DNA of 64,000 nucleotides from a virus (taxonomy: Duplodnaviria; Caudoviricetes), in IMG/VR virus record IMGVR_UViG_3300047382_000771, positions 136,095 to 200,094 of that record, one strand, 5' to 3'. Below are positions 56,291-64,000 of this stretch, piece after piece. Numbering within the stretch: position 1 is the first letter of the stretch; each line of letters opens with the position of its first letter. The translations under genes and the position numbers were made by a program. The notes beneath the pieces are model-generated. The model saw only the letters and a list, made by a program, of their open reading frames with translations. It made no database searches and was not told where the DNA came from.

Positions 56291-56479
56291 TTAATCTTGT
56301 ATATATGGTTGGCTTTTGGGGTGATCGTCCGAATCAAATAAAGAAGAACAATTACAATCATTACCACAACAATCGGAGTCATCTTCGTGTTGGGGAGCAA
56401 ACCCTGTTTCGGGAATGGTTTCTGCTCTCAAGCCCCCAATTTTTTTTATTATATATTTACTAATCTCTTGGTCTTGCAT
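56291..56479 (-). CDS. Hypothetical protein with a Cys cluster
   Basis: 62 aa; DCCGNDCNC. Confidence 0.5.
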   Translation of the reverse strand: MQDQEISKYIIKKIGGLRAETIPETGFAPQHEDDSDCCGNDCNCSSLFDSDDHPKSQPYIQD

Positions 56480-56696
56480 TTTTACCTTCCATTGTATCTA
56501 GCTCATTAATTAGATTAAATAATTCTTTAAGTATCTCAGAGGATTCTTTTACATTTTCTTGTATATCTTCTTGTTTAACTGCATTAGGATTATTTAATAA
56601 ATCTTTTAAAAAAGCCTGTTTAGAAACTGAATTATCTCTAAATGCTCTAACTTGATTTAAAATTTTGTCCACTAAATTTGGTATTCCGTTATCCAT
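56460..56696 (-). CDS. Hypothetical protein
   Basis: 78-aa ORF coupled to rIIB. Confidence 0.55.
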   Translation of the reverse strand: MDNGIPNLVDKILNQVRAFRDNSVSKQAFLKDLLNNPNAVKQEDIQENVKESSEILKELFNLINELDTMEGKNARPRD

Positions 56697-56697
56697 A

Positions 56698-57822
56698 TTA
56701 AACTACCTTATGTAAGTAAAGAGGGGTTGAATCTTCATGCTCAACTTCATACCCCAAATCTTCTAAAATGTCAACTAAATCTGCACATTTTAAGTTTCTT
56801 GATCTTGGAGCAGTTAAGTCGGCTAAACTTTTAAGAGTAACATCTTCGCCTTTTTTTCTCTTCTTGTTAAGATACTTGACAATAGATTGATGTAATTCTG
56901 CGTCTGTTGTTTCGCCTTCAACGGATTCATTGTACAAATCATCATCTTCTTCATCTACATAATCATAATCATCATCGTAATCTTCGTTATAATCATCATT
57001 ATCGACATAATCATCAGATATTTCATTGTAAATAGGCTTATTAGCTTCGTAGACAGGTCTTTCTAACTCTACCTTTTGGTCAGTAATGTCTTCGATCACC
57101 TTGTACTTAGAAACGCGTAATTTTTGGAAGTTGCAATCAGTAGGAACTGAAACCGCATCAGCAGGATCAAACTCTACAAGAAGCAATTTACCATCTGCAC
57201 CCGACCAATCACTAGCATAATCAAAACTACCAACATGAAGACCGAAAGAACAATGGTTGTCCTTGTTGTCATCGACACTTCTTCTTGCAACCTCAATAGT
57301 TGACCCAACTTTGTTGAGAATTTGATGATTGTCATTGGTTTCACCTTGAACAACAATGGTATCAGCATTACCTGTTGAACTAAAGTAGTTGGATTGTACA
57401 CCTTTGTAGCCCAAAACTTTACCTTCGGGAGTGGTTGGAAGAGATTTATAACCCAAGAATGTGTATAATTCTGCTACGGAATTTGCACTTGGATTAGCTT
57501 GTAACCTTGCGATAAAGTTGACGATTGGCGCAGAATCTTTAGCACCTTCACGTAACATTGAGAGTAATTTGTCAACCACAACCCCATGCAAGCGATAACC
57601 CTTGTAGTAAACTACTTCGTCCTTGACCTCAATATCACCTTGAACAAAGTTCTCGATTGCCTTCTCAATGTCGAGCAAATCTCCAAGATCATCATACCTT
57701 GCGTCTAGCAATGCTTTACGAACTTGAGTGAAGTTCACATTCTCTTTGCGAATTGTATAAGGTTTGCCATCCCAAAAGATAGTAATTGAAGATTCAGATT
57801 GAATATATGGTACTTGATTCAT
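56698..57822 (-). CDS. rIIB: rIIB-like protein
   Basis: KVLGYKGVQSNY...CSFGLHVGSFDYA...VEFDPADAVSVPTDCNFQKLRVSKYKV; directly follows rIIA. Confidence 0.9.
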   Translation of the reverse strand: MNQVPYIQSESSITIFWDGKPYTIRKENVNFTQVRKALLDARYDDLGDLLDIEKAIENFVQGDIEVKDEVVYYKGYRLHGVVVDKLLSMLREGAKDSAPIVNFIARLQANPSANSVAELYTFLGYKSLPTTPEGKVLGYKGVQSNYFSSTGNADTIVVQGETNDNHQILNKVGSTIEVARRSVDDNKDNHCSFGLHVGSFDYASDWSGADGKLLLVEFDPADAVSVPTDCNFQKLRVSKYKVIEDITDQKVELERPVYEANKPIYNEISDDYVDNDDYNEDYDDDYDYVDEEDDDLYNESVEGETTDAELHQSIVKYLNKKRKKGEDVTLKSLADLTAPRSRNLKCADLVDILEDLGYEVEHEDSTPLYLHKVV

Positions 57823-57934
57823 AATAATTTTTGTTTTTTGTTTTTGTCTTATCGGTTAAATTTATATTGGGAGTATAGTTTGTATATATATCTATGTCAA
57901 CATTTTTTTTTAAAAAGTTGGGGAAAGGGAGCAA

Positions 57935-60229
57935 TCACTCCCCCTCTCCCCTATCACACAAGGAAACATAATCACGAATTTTATCCTTGACGTTTCCAAA
58001 TCTAGTATCTTCTGCAAGATTACCCCAAGCATGGATTGCAGAGGAAATTATCTCAAGTAAAGGGTAAGTCTTTTGGACATGATCGACATTTTTCCTTACT
58101 GCATCAACATCAAAAGAATAGTCAAAGAAATTTTCCAACCATTTTGGTTCTTTATTGATTAATAAATTAACACAACGAATGTTTAATTGAGATACATCTG
58201 CGTTTGCAGTATGATAATGTTCATGCAACATTTTGATTGGGTGAGAAGATGAAAGAAAATCCAAATCTGAATCTGATTTCGACAATAATGAACTATATTT
58301 GAAGTCGATTTGAACACTAGAGGCATTTAAGGTTTTCGCTTTATATGCTTTAAAGGCATTATCTTTGTCTGTTCTCATTTGAGTTTTAGCAAAGTCAACA
58401 TATACATCTGTAAAGGACATCCACAAATCTTTATCTAACTTAGATACATCTTTTGTCCTTACTCCGAACAATTCGACTTTAGGTTGATCTAACTTGTTGC
58501 CTTCGTCATCGAAAACGTCATCTAATTTTGCGCGAATTATCTTCATTGTCGCATGAACATTCTCAAGATTGAATTCTTCATTGTCAATTTTGAAATTCTT
58601 GATTGGAGCATAAACCATTTTACCCTTATACTTGCCATCCACCGAATCCATTTCCATAGAATTAATTGGGTTCTTGACATCTTCCCAATAATCTGCATTG
58701 CGATAAACATATCTACTTCCAAACTGCATTTTGAAAACAGGAATGGTTGCGCGACTTTTTGTACCACTCACATTGTTGCGAGTAATTTTCTCTTTCTCAA
58801 CTTCAGAAGTATTGAAAAGATATTTTTCATTAATTAAATGAAATGACCAAGAATTATCCATGTAATCTCTTGCGTCTTGGTTTTTCGGATGAATAACATA
58901 AACAATTTGTAATGATTCATCATTATTGAAAAGAGTCCTTGCACGTAAGTTGTTCCCATGAGCAGAATCCAAATCTTGAATCATAAATACCACATTTTCT
59001 TCTGCGATTACTCTTGTAGTCTTTTGACTTTGCACGCGAAAACCATTGCGAGAATCTTTATCGGCACTTTTTTCCATGCGAGTAATAATTAAATCGTCTT
59101 GCATTTCATAGTCTCTTGACCATTGTGGGCTTGAGATTTGAACGGATTGCCATTCAAAAGAATCCTTCATTACATGAGAGATACCTTGAGGCAAACTATT
59201 AACGATAGTAGCGTAATTTCTTTTTGCCATGTACAAGCAAGTAGAATCTGCGAGTTTTGCGACTGCAATAACTTTAATCTCTTTAGCGATTCCGACTAAA
59301 ACCCTGCAAATTTCTTTTTGAGTTGACTTATTGTACTCTAATGATTCACGACTATGATGCAACTTAACTGAACCAAGAGGCAAGCGAAAATGGAAATTTA
59401 CATCATGCAAAAGATTGCTGACAACTTTCCTTAAAGATTCATCAGAGATAAAATTTTCTACTTTTATCGCATTGGAATCAATAGGGTAAGCAACTCTGCC
59501 CATCAATACACTAGCATTTGAGCGATAATAATAACTTCTGTCCGATTCTAAGAAAAACCATGAGTTCTCATCATCTGTCAAAGTGATCTTGGGAGTTGGA
59601 ATAAAATCGGGTTCAACTCCTAAAAATTTAGGCATCTCAGAGTCACCAAAGAACTTAAAGAAACTCTTGACAAAATCTTGAAATTCTGATATGTCAGTAT
59701 CAGCAACTGCAACCTCGATCTTTAACCCTGTTGGATCGTTAGTTGGTTCGGGTTCACCGATTCTAGCAATTTTTGTATCGTCATCATCATTGACAAATAC
59801 ATTGTAAGTAGTCTTCATCCCATTGTGGAATGATACGCAAGTAAAACTATCACCATAAGACAATGGAGCAAACTTGCCAATACCGAAAGCACCGATATAG
59901 TTGTTACTCTCCCTTTTGGTGGACTTGCCATACTTAGAGTAAAGACCAAAAATATCTTCCTCACTTAATCCACCCCCGAAATCTCTAACGGAAAAATTTG
60001 GGTGCATTTGAGTTGGCACACTAATCTCGATTCTGCGATCAGAACCTGCTTCTGTATTCGCGTCAAGAGCATTAGCACTAATCTCACGAACAACCGCAAG
60101 ACGAGTATTGGAATAATTGTTGCGTAAAAGACTTGCAACGTATCTCATATCTTCTGCATCTATCGTGCAGTTGACCGAATCAAAGTTGTGTGATTGAACT
60201 ATTTTTTGTTTTTCTTGTGTGATTATCAT
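57935..60229 (-). CDS. rIIA: rIIA-like protein (N-terminal GHKL/Hsp90-like ATPase)
   Basis: AVVREISANALDA, FSVRDFGGGLS, YSKYGKSTKRESNNYIGAFGIG. Confidence 0.9.
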   Translation of the reverse strand: MIITQEKQKIVQSHNFDSVNCTIDAEDMRYVASLLRNNYSNTRLAVVREISANALDANTEAGSDRRIEISVPTQMHPNFSVRDFGGGLSEEDIFGLYSKYGKSTKRESNNYIGAFGIGKFAPLSYGDSFTCVSFHNGMKTTYNVFVNDDDDTKIARIGEPEPTNDPTGLKIEVAVADTDISEFQDFVKSFFKFFGDSEMPKFLGVEPDFIPTPKITLTDDENSWFFLESDRSYYYRSNASVLMGRVAYPIDSNAIKVENFISDESLRKVVSNLLHDVNFHFRLPLGSVKLHHSRESLEYNKSTQKEICRVLVGIAKEIKVIAVAKLADSTCLYMAKRNYATIVNSLPQGISHVMKDSFEWQSVQISSPQWSRDYEMQDDLIITRMEKSADKDSRNGFRVQSQKTTRVIAEENVVFMIQDLDSAHGNNLRARTLFNNDESLQIVYVIHPKNQDARDYMDNSWSFHLINEKYLFNTSEVEKEKITRNNVSGTKSRATIPVFKMQFGSRYVYRNADYWEDVKNPINSMEMDSVDGKYKGKMVYAPIKNFKIDNEEFNLENVHATMKIIRAKLDDVFDDEGNKLDQPKVELFGVRTKDVSKLDKDLWMSFTDVYVDFAKTQMRTDKDNAFKAYKAKTLNASSVQIDFKYSSLLSKSDSDLDFLSSSHPIKMLHEHYHTANADVSQLNIRCVNLLINKEPKWLENFFDYSFDVDAVRKNVDHVQKTYPLLEIISSAIHAWGNLAEDTRFGNVKDKIRDYVSLCDRGEGE

Positions 60230-60415
60230 AATTGTGATTGGTTGTGATTGAAGTTATATTGGTATTATGAGTGAAGTCTTGATTTGTGTCAATACTTTTT
60301 TTTAATTTCTTTTGTGATTGTTTGTATTATATTATAACCTTTTTATCAATATATTAAATGAAATAATACGAAAAATTTATTTTGAGAATTATTTTGGCAT
60401 CTATATTTAGTTGGA

Positions 60416-60646
60416 TTATTTACTTCCTCCATTTATATTTTCTAATTCATTCTCTCTAGCTTGTTTATCTTGAGCCACTTTAATTTCGTCATCAATTAAA
60501 TCTGTTATTCTGCTGATGTCTTCTATTTGAGTGCCAAAATACATATCTAACAAATCTGCTATTTGATCGGCACACTCATAAAATCTATATTGGAATCCAC
60601 CATTTTGTGGAACATTAAAACTGATTTTCTCTGTAATATGATTCAT
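60416..60646 (-). CDS. Hypothetical protein
   Basis: 76-aa ORF; AAGGAG upstream. Confidence 0.6.
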   Translation of the reverse strand: MNHITEKISFNVPQNGGFQYRFYECADQIADLLDMYFGTQIEDISRITDLIDDEIKVAQDKQARENELENINGGSK

Positions 60647-60704
60647 GTCGATATTTTCTCCTTTTGTAAACGTGTGATTAATAATATGTACTCAACATAA
60701 ACAT

Positions 60705-60914
60705 TTAAAATGGTTCTGTCAACACTAAACCGCGCAAATCTTCAGATTCCCACAAATTCCATAAAGATTCATAAGCATGATCCCAATTATCGTAATCTCC
60801 ACACTCAACTGCAAGAGTTGCTTCACGTTGAATTAAATCGTCATCAATTTCTTCCCAATTAAAATTGAGAGACATTTGATCTTTATGGTAAACTACTTCT
60901 TCTGTATCATTCAT
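60705..60914 (-). CDS. Small, very acidic protein
   Basis: 19 D/E versus 3 K/R in 69 aa (hand count). Confidence 0.6.
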   Translation of the reverse strand: MNDTEEVVYHKDQMSLNFNWEEIDDDLIQREATLAVECGDYDNWDHAYESLWNLWESEDLRGLVLTEPF

Positions 60915-60923
60915 ATTTGCACC

Positions 60924-61130
60924 TTAAACATTTTTTTTATCATTGTCAACATTATTATCCGACCAATCTTCAATTTCTTTGTATTTTAATTTAACTTTAA
61001 TTTTGATTGAATGATTTTCTTCTATTGATAAGTATTCGTTATCTATTTCTATATTTCCATACAATAAATCATTTAATTGATCCTTATCTAAGTCAATAAC
61101 AATATTGTATTGTTCACCCATTGTCAACAC
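60924..61130 (-). CDS. Small acidic protein; paralogue of 61114..61317
   Basis: QYNIVIDLDKDQLNDLLYGNI versus EYNITLGLSHEDIMSLLSGEI. Confidence 0.6.
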   Translation of the reverse strand: MLTMGEQYNIVIDLDKDQLNDLLYGNIEIDNEYLSIEENHSIKIKVKLKYKEIEDWSDNNVDNDKKNV

Positions 61131-61317
61131 TTAAATTCATGCACTCTGATAAGGGAGTATCTTCTTCCACTTCCTTAATTGATACAGAGATGCGATCATC
61201 GTAATCTGTATCTTCTGTTGGCACAAAATTAAACGTGTTAATTTCTCCGCTAAGTAAACTCATAATGTCTTCATGGGACAAACCCAAAGTAATATTATAC
61301 TCTTTCGCAGTATTCAT
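61114..61317 (-). CDS. Small acidic protein; paralogue of 60924..61130
   Basis: Same alignment as 60924..61130. Confidence 0.6.
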   Translation of the reverse strand: MNTAKEYNITLGLSHEDIMSLLSGEINTFNFVPTEDTDYDDRISVSIKEVEEDTPLSECMNLSVDNG

Positions 61318-61504
61318 TTAAATAAATTCCTTCTTCAACTAATTCGTCAGCAGTAAACTCCATAGGTTCTTCCCATTCTTCGTCATGCAAGAAATAAGTT
61401 CCTGTGAAACTATCGTAATAAAATTTTTCTTCAACAGAAGAATCTTGGTATATGTGATTAATATTCATGTTTGTAACTTTATGTTGTTTTTGTGATTGAG
61501 TCAA
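61295..61504 (-). CDS. Small acidic protein
   Basis: 69-aa ORF coupled to its neighbours. Confidence 0.55.
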   Translation of the reverse strand: MTQSQKQHKVTNMNINHIYQDSSVEEKFYYDSFTGTYFLHDEEWEEPMEFTADELVEEGIYLNEYCERV

Positions 61505-61758
61505 GAGTTATTTTCATATTTATCAATTAAATCTTCTAAGCTCCATTCAGATAAATGCTCGAAATTTTTTGTGGATTTAAATTCTCCATCTAAATAAGTT
61601 GCTCCACCCATGCCATCATTGCATATTTGGACGCCATCTATATTTGTTTCACATTGATAACCAACTAAACCTTTATTAGTTTCAAAATATCTTATACTTG
61701 TAACCTTTAATAAGGGGTTGTCGGTATTTTGCCTAATAATTCCTTCTATTGTACTCAT
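61501..61758 (-). CDS. Hypothetical protein
   Basis: 85 aa (ICNDGMGGATY). Confidence 0.65.
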   Translation of the reverse strand: MSTIEGIIRQNTDNPLLKVTSIRYFETNKGLVGYQCETNIDGVQICNDGMGGATYLDGEFKSTKNFEHLSEWSLEDLIDKYENNS

Positions 61759-61985
61759 AATTCTAAATTTGCAGTTATTGTTACATCTAATACTCCATGA
61801 TTAACTGCACTTTCAACATTTAAACCTAAATCAATTAACTTGTCAATAATAGAATGTCTATAATTCCAAATGTCTTTATCCCATCCACTATAATCACAAG
61901 TGGAAAAGGATGATGAGCCTTTTTCAGCTACTCTTTCTACATGATACTCAATGTTTTTATTTAATTTTTCTTTTAACTCATTCAT
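61755..61985 (-). CDS. Hypothetical protein
   Basis: 76 aa; ATGA overlap. Confidence 0.6.
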   Translation of the reverse strand: MNELKEKLNKNIEYHVERVAEKGSSSFSTCDYSGWDKDIWNYRHSIIDKLIDLGLNVESAVNHGVLDVTITANLEL

Positions 61986-62263
61986 TGTATATATTCCCTT
62001 TCTTTTAAATATTCTTTAAACTCTGTGCGAAAATGTTCTAACCAATTAGGACAATCTTCAGCAATTTCTGCCACAATCTCCCAAGGATCACCTATAAAGT
62101 TATCAATGTCAACATCATAATAGAATTTAATTTGTTCTACTAATGGCATATCTTTTATATATTGTTCGTATGTTGGTAATTCCATGATTACATTGTCGTA
62201 ATATTCGCACTCATCTTCGTTTGTGCCATCGTATATTGGTTGTTTCATTTTATTTCCTCGCAA
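61982..62263 (-). CDS. Small acidic protein
   Basis: 93-aa ORF coupled to its neighbours. Confidence 0.6.
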   Translation of the reverse strand: MRGNKMKQPIYDGTNEDECEYYDNVIMELPTYEQYIKDMPLVEQIKFYYDVDIDNFIGDPWEIVAEIAEDCPNWLEHFRTEFKEYLKEREYIQ

Positions 62264-62454
62264 CTCAAAACTCCTCTATCTCCATGAGTATGATCGCCTT
62301 GATATTTAGTTAAATTATGATTGTAAAAAAGATCTTGACAACCATGTTCATTAAGTAATTCTTCCGCAATTTCTTCTGCTTCGTCTACATTTTTAGCTTC
62401 AACTACAATGTATCCACCAATTTCTTCTGTTATTGATAATTTGTATTTTTTCAT
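62245..62454 (-). CDS. Hypothetical protein
   Basis: IVVEAKNVDEAEEIA motif; TTGACA-17-TAGTTT-6-ATG. Confidence 0.7.
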   Translation of the reverse strand: MKKYKLSITEEIGGYIVVEAKNVDEAEEIAEELLNEHGCQDLFYNHNLTKYQGDHTHGDRGVLSCEEIK

Positions 62455-62640
62455 ATTGTTAAACTAGGTTGATTTGCATGATATGTCAAGCATTTTTATG
62501 GTTTTTTCGTAAAAAGTTAGTATTTATATAGTTAAACAATTATTTTGCATCTTTTATCATGCTAAACAATATGTCTTGTGAATCATTTTTACAAATTTTG
62601 ATTGACAACTCGATTTATCCATCACCCATGATGCACAAAT

Positions 62641-62874
62641 TCATTGCAATCTGCCCCCTGCATCTAATACATTGCGAAGACAACTTGATTGACCTGCGCG
62701 AGCAGTAACTTTCTTAGCGTTGGCAAATGCACTAGGATCATTGAAAGTTTGCATAACCATAGTAGATTTGTCAAGATAAACATTCATACCCTTGCGAGGT
62801 ATAGAGTTAGCTACTTTTTCTGCTTTTGTGATTGATTTAGCGATGTCTGCTAAGAATGCTTGTGCGGTATCCAT
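62641..62874 (-). CDS. Hypothetical protein
   Basis: 77 aa; ACACAAGGAA upstream. Confidence 0.6.
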   Translation of the reverse strand: MDTAQAFLADIAKSITKAEKVANSIPRKGMNVYLDKSTMVMQTFNDPSAFANAKKVTARAGQSSCLRNVLDAGGRLQ

Positions 62875-62935
62875 AATTTTTCCTTGTGTTAAGTGTGATT
62901 AATAAGAAGGACAATAAACGAAGTGATTGGTATTG

Positions 62936-63382
62936 TCAATAGTTTTTTGTAAACTTTATTGGCTTTCTGCATTTAGGACAACTATATGTGCGACCTCTGC
63001 CCATCCTATGCTTGCCATAAGTTTTACCGCAACAAGCAACCGAGTATTTATAATGACCTTGAGGCTTATCCACCTCTTTAGAGCATCTTTCGGGGTTAGC
63101 TCCAATGCGAACGCAGATTGCTTTCCATGCCACATCATGATTAGAATAACCTCTATCCAAGTAATCTAAAGCATGAGCAATTTCATGCAAGATAGTGTCT
63201 TCAACCAATGCCTCATCATTTAACTCTACATACCATTTGGATAAAGTAATTTTTTTAACCTTACCATAATGACATCTACCAAGACTGCGTTTGCAATCTT
63301 CAAAGAAAAATTTAAATTTATTTAAAATGCCATGCTCTTCCATGTGGAGCAAGGCTAATGTTTTTGCTTCTGCGATATTCAT
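62936..63382 (-). CDS. SprT-like zinc metallopeptidase domain protein
   Basis: RSLGRC...ITLS...DTILHEIAHAL...HDVAWKAIC..IG, plus a C-terminal CCGK...CPKC zinc ribbon; TTGACA-17-TAATGT-6-ATG. Confidence 0.9.
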   Translation of the reverse strand: MNIAEAKTLALLHMEEHGILNKFKFFFEDCKRSLGRCHYGKVKKITLSKWYVELNDEALVEDTILHEIAHALDYLDRGYSNHDVAWKAICVRIGANPERCSKEVDKPQGHYKYSVACCGKTYGKHRMGRGRTYSCPKCRKPIKFTKNY

Positions 63383-63419
63383 ACAACCACATTAAGCAAA
63401 AGAATAAAATATGTCAATA

Positions 63420-63677
63420 CTATTTTACATATTTTTTAAGTTCATCATTCTTGAGACTCAAAACATTCTCGATCTCGTCTGCTACATTGCTTTTGACAGA
63501 GATTTCGTGATCTCTTGAGAGAGAATTTAATAATTGAACTAAATTTTCTCCTGTTTTATTTCTATACTCTTCTCCTGCAAGAAATAAATTTTCAGTAGTC
63601 ATCAAAGTCAAATCATCTATTTTAAGTAGAATGTGATTGACTGAATCTACACTACCTCTGACCCCTAACTTAATCAT
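63420..63677 (-). CDS. Hypothetical protein
   Basis: 85-aa ORF. Confidence 0.5.
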   Translation of the reverse strand: MIKLGVRGSVDSVNHILLKIDDLTLMTTENLFLAGEEYRNKTGENLVQLLNSLSRDHEISVKSNVADEIENVLSLKNDELKKYVK

Positions 63678-63892
63678 TATTTATCTCCCCAAAATCCACA
63701 AACACAAGGTTTATCCGAAACTTTATCAAATAAATTAAATAAAATTTTTTGATTATTAAATATATTTCTTGCTAAAGAATTGATTTGATCATCACTTAAA
63801 TCATTATCAATCTCATATAAGAAGTTTTGTATTTCTATCTCTGTTATCATATTAATACCAACAACTATAATAAACTCTATATTTTTTGTCAA
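63677..63892 (-). CDS. Hypothetical protein
   Basis: 71-aa ORF; the true start may be the downstream MITEIE. Confidence 0.45.
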   Translation of the reverse strand: MTKNIEFIIVVGINMITEIEIQNFLYEIDNDLSDDQINSLARNIFNNQKILFNLFDKVSDKPCVCGFWGDK

Positions 63893-64000
63893 GCATTTTT
63901 CTTGCTTGTTCTACAAGCATTAAATCGTTTTTCTTATACCAATACTCGTTTTCGGGAAATGGTTCGTCATTTTCATCATTCCAAAAATAAGAATCACTAC

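Noticed and set aside
1-64000. Stop-codon reassignment
   Set aside because: Core genes are full length under the standard bacterial code, and genes end in TAA, TAG and TGA.
1-64000. tRNA or tmRNA genes
   Set aside because: No cloverleaf with a T-loop GTTCRA and acceptor stem was found by eye. tRNAscan-SE or ARAGORN would be needed to be certain.

Overview
This is a 64 kb segment of a large tailed dsDNA bacteriophage genome. No tail sheath gene is seen, so the tail is probably long and non-contractile. The host is not determinable from the sequence. Left two-thirds (1-42534, mostly minus strand): late/morphogenesis region. It holds the 5' part of a tape-measure gene, three tail-tube-like paralogues, many fibre/adhesin proteins, an inverted neck/head-tail trio, major capsid, decoration protein, protease-scaffold, portal, large terminase, ERCC4 and SNase nucleases, a sigma factor, a GAF-type holin candidate and PhoH. 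Right third (42812-64000): early/accessory region of short ORFs, plus rIIA, rIIB, SprT, Gp88-like and DUF932-like genes. Most striking non-gene signals: (1) nine copies of a 66-67 bp palindrome/GC-hairpin/palindrome element punctuating the early genes, five of them fixed 30-31 nt upstream of a promoter; (2) a promoter- and terminator-bounded, structured RNA candidate of about 510 nt at 53411-53922 with no convincing ORF; (3) early promoters placed to give leaderless mRNAs; (4) a GTGTA(A/T) motif upstream of late units. No tRNA, CRISPR array, integrase, transposase or reverse transcriptase was seen. Family assignments come from motif recognition by eye, not database searches.
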